A DNA stretch of 64,000 nucleotides from Eledone cirrhosa. Lineage: Eukaryota. The translations under genes and the position numbers were made by a program. Positions 1 through 15,636 of this stretch are shown here, in pieces. Every line of letters starts with the position of its first letter. Position 1 is the first letter of the stretch. The notes beneath the pieces were generated by a model, which worked only from the letters and a program-made list of their open reading frames with translations, ran no database searches and was not told where the DNA came from. The stretch is from positions 8,866,001 to 8,930,000 of the forward strand of contig OZ024751.1 in assembly GCA_964016885.1 (NCBI GenBank). The letters run 5' to 3'.

Positions 1-3000
1 AAAGTAATTTAAATTGTAGATTCATGATAAAACCGAGATATATCTGTGTTCATTGGATACAATTTCATTTCGCTAATATCATTAAAGAAAAAAAATCAGA
101 AATTAAGTATAAAACTTGGATCTGTCCTCATATTTTCTCTTATTAAAGAAATCAAATAATAAATATAACATAAAACAGTACTAAGAGGTCAGACAGATAG
201 AAAATTCCATTATGTACAGTAACTTTGATTTTAATTTTAAAAAGTTCGCGAGAAATAGAGGTCATAATTAGATTAGCAACTCTTCAGTAAAGGCTTCAAT
301 AATTTCATTTTTATGGTCTATTGGCTAAATTAAACTAAATTAAATTATTGAATCAAGTAGGGAAACAGTCTTTTATCATATCAGACCAAAGAGAAAGGGT
401 GACTGATCAGAGAGGAAGAATTTCTGGAAGAGTGAGGGAGCTTTATTGCATCTGAAGCGATGATTTCTATACACTTAAAATTCAATGTTAAAGTGATCGT
501 ATAGAATGAAATGTTGTCTAACATGATCATGTAGAAAGTGAAAAAAACAACAACACAACAACAATGAAAATCACTAACAGGCCTCGGTGACATATTAGAT
601 ACAGTATGGCATGATTTATAACTGCTGTTAATGTTGTTAGTGTTTATGTTTCATGTATTAATGTTGTCGCTGTTGATTGTGCTGTTGCGCTACCGTGTGT
701 TCAATATATTTTAACCAAATAAAATTAAAATTACATTATCTTAATTAAACTAAAACAGCCGACATTAAGATATTCATGCTTTCATCTTCCCACCCGAAAT
801 ACCGCCTATTAATCTATCTGGAATAGAAATAAAATTACGTAGCGCAATCTTATCATTACTGAGTTTTAGTCAGAGTGAAATCAGGCCACACTATTTTCTT
901 GAACGCGTAACTATAAACTGATGTTTATATTCTATGTTATGATTCTATCGGTAGATAGTTTGTAACCCACGGATTATTGTATTGAAAATGTTTCGTTGAA
1001 GTGTGCTATCCAATTGAATGTACTATAAATGACTGAGGTCTTCAATGAATAATTTCAAATATGCACCATTAAATGAGCATCTATTAATGAATATCTTTCT
1101 ATCAAATTATGAGACGGAGAGAGTCAGCAGAAATATATTTTATTAGAGTAGTGTTCGATTAGAGTGGATCCTGCTCTAAAAATCAACAATAATAACTACA
1201 AACATTTATTGCATTGATTTGATTTGGATCAACTTTATTTCATCGACCCAGAAACAAAAAATAAAAAACGTCGACTTCACAGCCTTCCGATCTGAGAAAG
1301 ATAACGGGAAGCATACGAAGAATGTGTTTTTGTTCACCACCCTAGTGATTCGTCCACTCGAAGACTAATAATTATAACAGCAATAATTTCTAACTTAGAC
1401 AATGCCTGGAATTTCAGGCAGTATACAGTGGATTAGATCAGTAAACGTCATTGAGTAATAAGTTATATTATCGACCCCGGAAGAATGAAATGCAACGTTC
1501 ACAATAACATGATGAGAACGCGGAAGGTAAATAGGCATAAGACATCAGCGTCCATACTGAAATCAGTTCAATTGTGTTTAGACGGCAGTAACATTCAGGG
1601 TCAGTAGATATTAATATTCCATTTATTTTTCCTATTGTGTTTTTATCCACAATCCATTTGGAAATTCACTCATACGTTTTTCACTTCCAATTTTATTTAT
1701 ATCAATGGACAGTGCTTATCTCCTACTTGATTTGTATTAAATGTGCTATATTCAGTTCATAAGAGTTAGCTGTCAGAAACCGCTCATCACATCACTAGCA
1801 TTACCATAGCTGCCCAAAGTGGCAAGCATTTGAGATGAAAGGACTCTGTAAAGATTGACATTGATGTAAGATTCGAATATTCAGAGCATTATTGTTCAAA
1901 AAGAACCATGAATATAGAAATGCTATCTGACAGCCTATATGCATTATTACATAGCTTATTCAATAATCAGATATCTTCGCCGTGTTTTACTCAAAACAAA
2001 ACTAAACAAAAACATATGAAGCGATATATATGGAATTTTACACTAAATCGCACACACATTATAGTTGCATGCACATTCGAATACACTCACACACGTAGCG
2101 ATAATTTAATTTCTGTATATGTAGGACAGCAGAAAAGGTCAAGATAATAGAGAGTTTTCATTGATGCTTTACGGTATGTAGTTTGGAGATTTACTACTTT
2201 CAGTTCAAATTCCCCTGGTGTCCATTTTGCTATTCATCTGCCAATACTACAGTACAAATGCTGAAGTATTTTCAATAGAGAATTCATATCTCTTTCAAAG
2301 TTGACGTAAGCCACGGCTTTACTCAAAAGACAGTATTCAGTGTGTTTATAATTATGTGATTACTTGACAGGCTTCTGTTTGCTACTCAAAGCTTTAGTAG
2401 TGATGTGAAATACCTGGATATATTAGACTAATAAAATGCATCATTAAGTATGTGATTGCCTCTTGTCAGACATTGTACATAGAACACTTTTTTAAGTTGG
2501 AGCAATGTTAAAGTTCACAATAATTAAGGAGGGCGACACATTCCATATTATAGTATTATTTTAATGTAAACCAAAAAATTACTTGCATTACTAACAGAAG
2601 CAAGATAATGCTAAACATTAAATTAACCAATTATTAAATGTTTTGTATTGTTTAATTAAATTCCTTTTCATAATATTATCAACAACTATATCTCTCCCTG
2701 GAGATAGTGTCTAGACTGAATCTAATACAGTGTCACATTATTGTGAAATATAACCACAACCCAGATTTAAACACTTGCGGCAAAAACTAAAAGTCGAGAT
2801 AGTTCAAACGAGTTATTTGTTTAAGAAAAACATAAACATTATTGTGCGTAGAAGAAATATTGTGGGCATGATTATTTAGCTCTAGCCAAAATATTTTGCA
2901 TTAGTTTGTCGCTATATAATGGCAGTAGGGAGTCGTAAAGTTATATCTAACTTTTCTATATAATGGTATTAAAACTGCCGGGGACACAGTGTTTCCATAG

Positions 3001-3064
3001 AAATAACACTATAAACAGGTATTATTATGAATCGCTTTCTTTCTCGAGATTACTCTCTCATATA

Positions 3065-3120
<56 letters not shown>

Positions 3121-3857
3121 TATATAATCTTCTTTTCTTAAACGCCTTTATATCTTTTACAAATATAGCCATCTTTCTACCTTATTTAAGTATATTATGT
3201 TATACAATTTATTCATTCTATGTCGTTAGCGGTCCCTTATTTCTCTTCTTTTTTATCCTTTTTACTTTCTTCCCTTTTCTTTTTTTAATTTCCAATCTTT
3301 AATCTGTAACTTTTACTTTTCAATTACTTCTTAATTCATATTATTACTCACTATAGCATTTTCCTTATATTCTTGGCCATACAAACTATATCTATAATAT
3401 ATACTAATATTACCATTGGTAAATTTTGAAAACATATATTTTTTTTTACGTTATATTTGTTCTTCCTTAAATTTTCCTCTTTCTTCTCTCCTTCCGTCCT
3501 CGTATTAAACCTATTATTTACTTTTTCATATTACAATGCATAAAAACAAACTAAAACCCAAACTAATTCCTCTAAGTTCATAATTCATTTAATCTCTTCT
3601 TCATTCACCTTATATCCTTAATATTTTTATTTTAATAATACGTATTCATAAATTCCTTTTCGCACATATTATTAAACCCTTCAATATATAAACCTTAAAT
3701 AAATACTATTCTTAATTCCTTTTTCTTTAATCATAACATCACCATTCATAAATCTCATTAACTTTTAATTTCAACATTTTTAAAAATTATGTCTGTTCTT
3801 ACAACGGTTTTTTTTTTATTTTCTCTTTGTGACAGTGTTTCTCAGTATTAAAGGCTA

Positions 3858-3976
<119 letters not shown>

Positions 3977-4110
3977 TTTCTCCTCCTCTCTCATCCTTCC
4001 ATCTTATACTCCTCCTCCATCATCCTTTATTTGCTTTCTTCCTCTTCCTTACATCCTTTCCCCCTCCTCCTTTTTTTCCCAATCTCATATATCAATCTTA
4101 CTTTATTTTT

Positions 4111-4272
4111 CATATGTTGATTTAACACTTCACTGATCGCAAGTGTTTTTTAACCTTCATATCATGTCTCCCTATTTTATCTGATGAGAACGCAAATATC
4201 ATCCCATGATGATGTTTGTTTTTGAAATGCGCATAAAATACATGGAATTCTTTAAACCATCTGTTTATCTTA
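4111..4272 (+). mobile_element. PLE terminal-repeat (pLTR) fragment, family A, single arm
   Basis: Near-identical to arms at 32274-32416, 33672-33835 and 42315-42480; ends at (TA)n; contains an HHR motif. Confidence 0.75.
4173..4240 (+). ncRNA. Minimal type-I hammerhead ribozyme, family A (3-nt loss near cleavage site)
   Basis: tattttat-CTGATGA(4181)-stem II-GAAA-TGCGCA-TA-aaata. Confidence 0.65.
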
Positions 4273-4293
4273 TATATATATATATACATACAC

Positions 4294-4372
<79 letters not shown>

Positions 4373-4619
4373 TACATGTATATATATATACATGTATATA
4401 TATACATGCATATATATATATATATATGTATATTTATATATATATAGTATTTATATATATATATATATATATTTATACATATATATGTATATATATATAC
4501 ATATATATTTATATATATGTATATATATGTATATATATGTATATATATATATACTTATACGTATATATAAATGTATATATATCTATGTATATATATGTAT
4601 ATATATGTATACATATATG

Positions 4620-4663
<44 letters not shown>

Positions 4664-4902
4664 TATATGTATATATAGATATATATATATATACATATGT
4701 ATATTTACATATATATACATATATATATATATATAAATATATATACATATATATACATATATACATATGTATATATATGTATGTATATGTATATATGTAT
4801 GTATAAGTAGATATATGTACATGGATATACATACATATATATATATACATATACATATACATATATATATATACATATTAATATATATATATATATATAT
4901 AC
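4270..4902. repeat. Degenerate (TA)n microsatellite
   Basis: TA runs interrupted by TG/CA. Confidence 0.95.
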
Positions 4903-5578
<676 letters not shown>

Positions 5579-5804
5579 ATATATATATATAAATTCAAGG
5601 GAAAGCAAATAAAGCAATATATATATACATAATTGAAAACCTGGAGAATAACATGGTTACAGTACCAAAACGAGGATTTATTTGCACTCTAACAATTGTT
5701 TCACTGGTAGAGTTGTCTCAAAATTGCTGAACACTAAAAGCACTCAATCTTAAATACGATGTTATCGCTACTAGATCAAAGGAAGGAAAAAGACGAGAGA
5801 AAAA

Positions 5805-6100
5805 GAAAAAGAAAAAGAGAAAGAAGAAGAAAAGGAGAAATTATTATCTATAAAGAAAAAGAGAAAGAAGAAGAAAAGGAGAAATTATTACCTATAAAGA
5901 AAAAGAGAATGAAGAAGAAAAGGAGAAATTATTATCTATAAAGAAAAAGAGAAAGAAGAAGATAAGGAGAAATTATTATATATAAAGAAAAAGAGAAAGA
6001 AGAAAAGGAAAAATTATTATCTATAAAGAAAAAGAGAAAGAAGAAGAAAAGGAGAAATTATTATCTATAATAATTTCTCCTTTTCTTCTTTCTCTCTTTC
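5805..6100. repeat. Purine-rich minisatellite of about 41-44 bp ending in a foldback
   Basis: About 6 copies of aaagaaaaagagaaagaagaagaaaaggagaaattattatctat, then an inverted copy from about 6068. Confidence 0.85.
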
Positions 6101-6260
6101 TTTTTCTTTTTTCCTTTTTCTTTTTCCTACCTTTTCTTTCTTTCTTTACTTTATCTATCTCCCTTTCTTCCTCTTTTTCTCTCTATATATTTATTATTAA
6201 TATTATTATTGATGATGTAATTTGAATTTGTAAAGTTGCCGGTTACACATATGTTTTCAT

Positions 6261-6370
6261 CAGTTTCCGATGATCTGGTAGAGTTAACATCGTATTTAAA
6301 ATTGAGTGGCATTGCTTTTAGTGTTTAGCAATTTTTAGACAACTCTATCAGTGAAACAATTGTTACACTG
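6261..6370 (+). ncRNA. Degenerate hammerhead with 79-nt stem II insert
   Basis: cagttt-CCGATGA-tctggtagag...ctctatcagt-GAAA-CAATTG-TT-acactg. Confidence 0.6.
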
Positions 6371-6593
6371 CAAATAAATCCCCTTTTTTCAACTGTTGAC
6401 CATGTTACTCTCCACTTTTAAAATTATATTACTCCAAGATAAACTTACATATGAATACAAGTGAAATCATAAGCTCGTCATCTACGTAAACCTCTTGTTG
6501 AGTCAAGCAACGCCGTACGCTAAAGCTATCCATAATAAGAGAGTATTCACAACCTCTAATTGGATTACCTATAACGATTTTTTGTTATCCTTT

Positions 6594-8263
<1,670 letters not shown>

Positions 8264-8897
8264 CGAATATAAATTACCGAGAATCGTATTTCGGCTTAGG
8301 AATTAACGAAAGTCAACTTCCGAGATGTGTGGAAAGCGCTCAGTGATTCAGATGAACCAGAGCTACAACATACGTTAAAGGCCAAACACACTGAGACGAT
8401 GGTTAAACAATCATCCGCACAGCCACAAAAACGACCAAGTATTTCGGGTCAAACAAATAAAAATATATGTGATTGAAAATTTACCCGGACCCCTGGATGG
8501 TTGGTAAAATCCAGCATTTGGGTTTCTGCGACTCCTAAATCAAGTACTTTCCGCTTACACAAATAATGTTAGGCTTCAGGTAAGATGATTGAACAAGGAA
8601 GCTACTTTTCCAACAGGTTTTAGTTCGAGTGTTAATTTAAGGAATGACCGTTACTGACCCCACGTGGGGCTCGGCGATGGAGGCAACGCCTATTTTAGGT
8701 GGATGAATTCAGTATGTGTATATTATTGCAAGAATGCAAAACATCACTAAACGAATTAAGCTCTCAACAGAATAGTTATAAGTCAACATAAGCTATTCAT
8801 CAGTCAATAGAATCAACTAAAATAATCAAGAAGATTCACTGGTCAATAGCTAGACTCTGGAGATTAATACAAATATAAATTAGAGATTAATACAAAT

Positions 8898-8963
8898 ATA
8901 AACTAGGAGAAAATAGAATACATTTAAAGATATTTAAATGTATTCTATTTTCTCCTAGTTTAT
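8898..8963. repeat. Perfect 31-bp-arm palindrome
   Basis: ataaactaggagaaaatagaatacatttaaa-gata-reverse complement. Confidence 0.9.
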
Positions 8964-9164
8964 TTTACACCTAATTCTGTTTAGTTGACTGTATCTGGGA
9001 GATTACGCTGTCGAAATATTCGATAAATATTCCGTTGTGGCCGACGCGAAGGGCTAATTTCGGTTATTTGTTGGAGATTTCTTCATAGAAGCTTCATTCT
9101 TATAGCCTGGTCTATTCGATTTTTTATATAGTTAATTATGCTAATTGGGAGAGGAAATGGTATA

Positions 9165-9267
9165 TATTTTATCTTGTGATTCTATAGACATGTTTTATGA
9201 TATATAGCTCTGATTATTTAATTTATTAATTTTTCATTGAGCCACAAAGTGACCCGTTGCAAAACGT
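9165..9267 (+). mobile_element. Repeat-family 3' end abutting (TA)n
   Basis: Matches 52610-52718 (partly inverted) and 63896-63920. Confidence 0.6.
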
Positions 9268-9302
9268 ATATGTATATATATGTATATATATATATATGTA
9301 AA

Positions 9303-9378
<76 letters not shown>

Positions 9379-9604
9379 TGTTTAAGAATACTGTAAATAA
9401 ATTTGTTGAATGAAAATGACAGAGGTTATTAAACTTCGGAGCTGAGATTGATTTCCTAAATAGTATATATGATTCTAATGACTCCATTTATACCATAAAC
9501 GTGGTATTATTTGTTTTTCTTTGCATGAAATTGTTCTCAACGCTCCACATAACGGCATAATTATCCTCGCGTTTTTTCCGTTCATTTCCATGGAACGTCT
9601 TCGG

Positions 9605-9850
9605 TTGTAACGTTTTTCGAAATATTTACTTCTGCGTCCACAGATTGTTTTCTTTTTGCTTTTTTTTTAGTTTCAGAAGATCCCGTTAAGTGTGAAAGCA
9701 GTGATTCTTAACTTTAATCTGTTATTTTAATAAATATTTGCTCTACGGCTTTTATATATTTATATATCTATATATATCATCCTTATCTAGGCCTCTTCGG
9801 ATTTTAGTCTTCACATTTAACATTATTATTATTATTATTATTATTATTGG
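9605..9850 (+). mobile_element. PLE pLTR fragment, family D
   Basis: Matches the reverse complement of 13598-13735, and 26745-26862 and 15490-15575 directly. Confidence 0.7.
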
Positions 9851-10335
9851 TCTGTTCGGACGCTTTTTGCTCGCTCCCAGTAAGTCGCTTTATTTACCTG
9901 TTATAATTATTTGTTGCTTAATTTGTCTTGTTGTGTAAGGGATATAATCACTTGGACTTTTCCCTGTAAAGAGGAAAGTATAATATTTGGGCCTTTTGGC
10001 CCAAATATTTGATTAATATTTGAACATTTTACTTTTAAAAATAAAAAAAAAAACATGCCTGAGCCTCACACCTCCAAAATATGTCTGCTGCGGTGTGACA
10101 ACGGCGTAAAAGATGAGAGGAGGGTTACAGAAACTCATACAACAAAAAGCACCACAGACAACGTGAACAAAGACAACAACACCGAGAACACTAATTTAAA
10201 AAAAAATACCACACCGACTACAACAATAACAGCGACAACCAAAATACAGACAACAGAAAAAAATGTGAACAAATGCAATAACGATATTAACACCACTAAC
10301 AAGAAAATAAACAACGACAACACCAACAGCAACTC

Positions 10336-12125
10336 TTGGCAGATGCCGACTGCAACTGGCAGCAGAACGGGAGCATTCCCAGTTTTGTGAGCTGGGGAGC
10401 GGTGGCGTTGCTGAGAAAAGAACCTAACAAAGCGGGCGTTATAGACAACTTCAGGCCCATAACTCTGCTAGACGCAGAGTTTAAGATTTTGGCCAAGGTG
10501 TTAGCAAAGAGATTGGCGCTTGTCGTAGGTAATCTGCTGGGAGAGGCGCAGACATACGCCTTTCCGGACAGATACATCGGCAACAACCTCCATCTCATGC
10601 GATACATCATAGAGAGGGTTGTTAAGGAACCTGGCACGAGTGGGGCCCTGATCAACTTGGATCAATCTAAAAGCATTTGATAGGGTCGACCATCGGTACC
10701 TGGCTGCTGTCCTCGAGGCGGCCGGCTTCGAGCACGTTTTTAGGAGCTGGATCGCTGCGATGCACAACGACATCTGCTCGATTGTGAGGGTGAATTGTCA
10801 CCTGTCACCGCCTATCAGCATCATGCGCTCGGTCCACCAGGGTTGGCCCCTCTCGTCCCTCTTGTACGTACTTGCCATCACGCCGTTACTACACAAATTG
10901 GAGACGATGATGGGGTCCCATGCGAACTAGGATGTGGGAGATCCGTGTCAGCTTACGCCGACTACGTCACCGTTGTGCTGTCGAGCACCAAACACGTCCA
11001 GATGCTCGGCACCGCTCTCAAGGAATATGAAGCGGTGACAGGAGCAATGATAAACCAGGAAATGTCGCTGGGCTTGCAACTCGGCACCTGGAGAGGAAAG
11101 ACCATGACGTCCGACAGCGTCGGGGGAGCTGGACAGAGGGACCGGTTAAATTGCTCGGTATCTCGTTTGGTCCGGACCTCCAGATGGATAAAATCTGGAG
11201 CGAGTTGACGAGCAGGGTCGCCTCTCTCACCCAGAAATGGGCCGAGAGGAGGCTGTCTCTGAAAGGACGACCGTCGTACCTTGCCCCCGCCCAACTCTGA
11301 CCAAAAGGGAGCGCCCTCTCTTCCGCCTTTTGTGGAAGGGACGCACTCCCATGTTCAGACGATCCATCTGCTGTCAACACCCGTTGGGTGGGGGACTGGG
11401 CATGCCATGGCTGATGATGTGCAAACATGCGCTGAGGCTGCGACATCTCTGGTGCTTCCTTGACAGTGAACAGTGTAGTCGCCGTTCGCCAGGCACGTCT
11501 TCTCATAGCTCGTCTACTTGACGGAGCTGCAGTTCTGGGTCAGGAAAAGACCGAGGGATAGCACTTGGAAACTGGAATGTCTCCAGGCACTCACCGCTCT
11601 CTGCCAGCTGGGCGCCAGTATCGGTGGAACATCTACCTCGGCGTTCTATAGAGGACTAGTGGAGGGGAAGAGCGACGACGTTCTCGGAGAGATCCTGGGC
11701 GTCGAAGAAGATCAGCTGTTTGCTCTCTTCCGGTGAACTTTCAGCCCAGGATCTATGGATAACTTCCAATAATCCCTGGCCTGGCAATGCTACCGGGGAG
11801 CGTTGCGGGTTCGAGATAAGCTCTACAGGCTCCGAAGTGCCGTCAGCCGAGCCGGTCCGAGATGCGCGCACAGCGATGAAACCGTCGTGCACGCAGTCGT
11901 TCAGTGCCCGAGCATTGCTGACTTGTGGAGCTATGTCGAACAGTTACTGTCGCGTGTAGGACTGATCCGGTTATCGACTGAATCCATTGTGCAGATGGTC
12001 TCGCCGTCTTCCTTCGAGGAGGAGGGCAGGCGGTTTTCAACTGCCTGGTGGCCATGGCGATAGAGATTGTGTGGTGGACAAGATTGAAAGGGTTAAAGAC
12101 AGACAATTTCCTCATGTTTCACTTC
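10336..12125 (+). mobile_element. Decayed L1/Tx1-clade non-LTR retrotransposon ORF2 (RT plus C-terminal zinc knuckle), frameshifted
   Basis: NFRPITLLDAEFKILAKVLAKRL, GALINLDQSK(AFDRVDH), SAYADYVTV, PRCAHSDETVVHAVVQCPS. Confidence 0.92.
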
Positions 12126-13510
12126 CGTACAAGAGTGTAGACAGCACGTTGCTGTTGTAGAATCTCATCTTTGTTTTGAGGGTGAACTTCCTGCTCTTCC
12201 AGATCTTGTCAAGCTGGTTAAATGCTGCTGAAGCCTTTCCCCTTCTACATTGGTGTTCACTGTTCAATGAAGACACTGGTCGGTGTTATGTGTGTCCCAG
12301 ACAACATGCTTTTGGTCTTCTTGGCCCTGATGTTGAGACCTAAGCTTCCTGCTCCGACATTGATATTGGTCAGACGATTTGCAGGTTAGCTGTGCTCTCT
12401 GCAAGAGCAGCAATATCGTCCGCAAAGTCCAGGTCAGACAAATTTTGCTCTCCCACCCAAGATATACCCTGGTCTTTAGACGCTCTTCTTAGTACCCAAT
12501 CAATGGCTATGGCAAAGAGAATTGGAGAGAGCGAGTAACCTTGACGCACGTCAGTAACCATCACAAACCAGTCACTGTAACCATCCTCTATCCGTATGCA
12601 GCAGTTCGAGTTTGCGTAAATCTGTTTGATTGCCGAAATGACTTTCTGGGGCAGACCATACTCATATATGATGCTCCAGAGCTACGGTTGATGAATGCTA
12701 TCGAATACTTCGGAGAAATCGATGAAGCTGATGGCGAGGGGTCTCTGGAATTCGTTGTACCTCTCAATGAAGCGGCGTAGCGTAAAGATCTGCCCTGCAC
12801 AGGAACGTTTTGGTCGGAACCCTGCCTGCTGTTCTCGCAGTTCCCGGTCTATGCCACGCATGCGGTTCAGGATCACTAGAGAATAGACCTTCCCTGGTAT
12901 GGAGAGAAGTGTCACTCCCCTCCAGTTGTCACAATCGTCAAGGTTGCCCTTCTTGGAGATACAGACAACCGCTCCGTTTCTCCAGACTTCTGGGACTTCA
13001 CCTGTGTTCCAAACAAGATTACATAAGTGGCCCATCCACTTGACCATGCTTTCGCCTCCTGACTTCAGCATTTCAGCAGAAATGCCATCCATACCTGGTG
13101 ACTTGTTATTCTTAAGGGTTTTGATGGCCATGCGGACTTCCTTCTCGGTGAAGTCATCAGTATTGATAGGTAACAAACTAGTAGGTCCCTAAGTGTCTAC
13201 TAGCATACGTGACTCCGGTTGGTTGAGCAATTGAGATGTTCAGCCCATCTGACTAACTTTTCTTCACCCTTGGAAAGCAGCGTACCATCTTTCGCTTTCA
13301 ACGGGCATGGGTTAGCTCTAGAGCAGCCGGTGATTTTCTTGGCAATTTGGTACACAGAGCGCATGTCATTTCGTGCCGCAGCTGCTTCTGCCTCCTATAC
13401 CTTACTCTCAAGCCACATCTGCTTGTCCTTTTGTGCGCTGCGTTTCACCTCCTTGTCCATCTCAACATACTGCTGATATACTTTGATGGCCTCTGGGGTA
13501 GTGGCAGGCT
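12126..13510 (-). mobile_element. Decayed RTE-type LINE reverse transcriptase fragment
   Basis: KSPGMDGISAEMLK, NWRGVTLLSIPGKV, QQAGFRPKRSC, VRQGYSLSPILF, LDFADDIAAL. Confidence 0.92.
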
Positions 13511-13807
13511 TTCCTTTCATTAGCTGATTAATGAAAGGAAAGCCCTACACCAGCAGAGGCATGGCACTACCCCAGAGGCCATCGAAGTATATACATATCG
13601 TAGAGCAAATATTTATTAAAATAACAGATTAAAGGGTAAGCAAAGAATCGCTGCTATCACTCTTAACGGGGTCTTCTGAAACTAAAAAAGTCAATCTGTG
13701 AACGCAGAAGTAAATATTTCAAAAAACGTTGCAACCGAAGGAAGAGAGGGAGACGATACTTTGGTTCGTGGAAACGTTCCCTAACAAAGAACGGAAAAAT
13801 AAACTAA

Positions 13808-14041
13808 GATAATACGTTATTATTTGGTTCGGTGAAAACAATTACACGCAGAGACAAAACCCCGTTTATGGTATAAATGAAGTCGTAGACTAATATTCTA
13901 TTAGGTGGTTCATGGAGACATTCTCTGGAAATGCACGCAAAAAACGAAGATAATACGTCATAATATGGATCGTTGAGAACAATTATACGGAAAGACAAAA
14001 CCAGGTATAAGGTATAACTGAAGTCGTAGACTAAAATTCTC
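13808..14041. repeat. Diverged direct duplication (about 140 bp period) in PLE 3' UTR
   Basis: gataatacgt...acaattac/tacg...gacaaaacc...tgaagtcgtagactaa present twice. Confidence 0.8.
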
Positions 14042-14293
14042 TTTAGGAAACCGAATGATTCACGGCTTCAGAGTTACGAATAAAGTAAATAAAATACAGA
14101 GGTAATTGAAATTAAATATAGATATACACGCATCGAATGTACATATACAAGCATACGCAAAACACTCGCCATGGGTATGCAAATACAAGCAGGTACACAA
14201 AAAAACACGCACGCACATACAGAACCCACACAACGCCTGTACCCGCACACATACGAACGTTTACACCAAATACACATAAAAATATATATAAAA

Positions 14294-14372
<79 letters not shown>

Positions 14373-14732
14373 ATACATAATTAAATAAGCATATAATTAA
14401 ATAAACGTATACACACACATAAATACGTATATAACGCGTACACACACATACCTACATGTAAGTACACATATGTTCGCAGACTTACGTCAACCAAAACACA
14501 AACTACACATATACACACACCCAACATACGTACGAACCCGCATACTCCCACAGGCGCAAAACACAAGCATACACATAACCAAATGCACACGTACCAGTAT
14601 ATATAATATATACGCCATAACATATACACGCAAATATACGTACGAGAAAGTATACGTATCTTCACAAAACATACATGTAATATATACTTACCTATACAAA
14701 TAAGTAATGGAATAAATATAACATATACTTAG

Positions 14733-15365
14733 CTACCACATCAAGACGTAAAATATCCGCGTATAGTTCGTACTATCCGTTAGGGTATAATGTGGGCTGT
14801 AATACAGGAAAGTTTTGTGCAATTTATGTTTACAAGCCGAAATTGCCTCATATTTTTTGTTTAAGATGTGGTCTTTGTCGTAGAGTATTACCAGGGCCTC
14901 AGCGGCGCAGAGGTCACAAGGTCTTTTATTTCCGTTATACAATCTAGCCCTAGCTAGGATCTCCCAGTGTAACCTATATTGGGTGTTGTTGTCTTTTAGA
15001 CTCCAGATATAAGCTGAAAGTGACGTCATATTCCTTCTTAAAGGTTTAAGAAAAGAATGGGTATGTATGTAAATACGTTGCTTGAATCTATTGGCGGTTA
15101 ACACTATGTAGGACCTACGGGACGTGGGTGTTTCAACCTTACATTAGACAATGCTACTAGAGAGGCATTTCCCGGATAGGGTGCAGTCAACCAGACTCCT
15201 ACAATTTCAGTTAGTACTAGCTACAGGATTGCACGTCTTCCTACGGCTAGGTAAATTAGCCAAATTTGAAGCTGTGATGTTATGTGGAAGGTTAGGAGTC
15301 GTAGAGTAAGACATTGTAATGTTATTTCTATTAAAACTTTTACTTATGTGCTGGGGGGAAATGCT
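14733..15365 (-). pseudogene. PLE GIY-YIG endonuclease domain remnant
   Basis: FNRNNITMSYS..N*NCR..CTLSGKC..IV*..YIVLTANRFKQR..TSLSAYIWSLK..WEIL..CDLCAAE..LNKKYE..CKHK. Confidence 0.88.
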
Positions 15366-15571
15366 TCATAATAAAGGAGAGAAAGATCTTAGCTAATGTT
15401 GTGGCCACCTCCATATTATATGGTGGGTTATACCATATAATGCGTCGGGATCTATTTTTCCTAGGTGTATTCTCGTACTCTGTATATGCTACCTTATGGT
15501 TCTTATATATCTCATATATATTTATCCTTATCGAGCCCTCTTTGGATTTTAGTCTTCAAATTTATTATTAT

Positions 15572-15631
<60 letters not shown>

Positions 15632-15636
<5 letters not shown>

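Larger units (their letters stand above)
5633..6590 (+). mobile_element. PLE-like foldback element, family B
   Basis: 5633-5778 is a diverged reverse complement of about 6270-6425; unique 3' extension to 6590; flanked by (TA)n. Confidence 0.65.
13597..15577 (-). mobile_element. 5'-truncated Penelope-like element (family D) with short inverted pLTR piece at about 15420-15577
   Basis: GIY-YIG remnant, long 3' UTR ending in the family D repeat, inverted family D end next to (TA)n. Confidence 0.85.

Noticed and set aside
5805-6070. Regular repeats resembling a CRISPR array, and the KE-rich ORF 5759-5941
   Set aside because: Tandem minisatellite with no unique spacers, no cas genes and a eukaryotic context
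10055-10330. Thr/Asn-rich ORF upstream of the Tx1 RT
   Set aside because: Low-complexity (ACA)n-derived sequence, not a LINE domain
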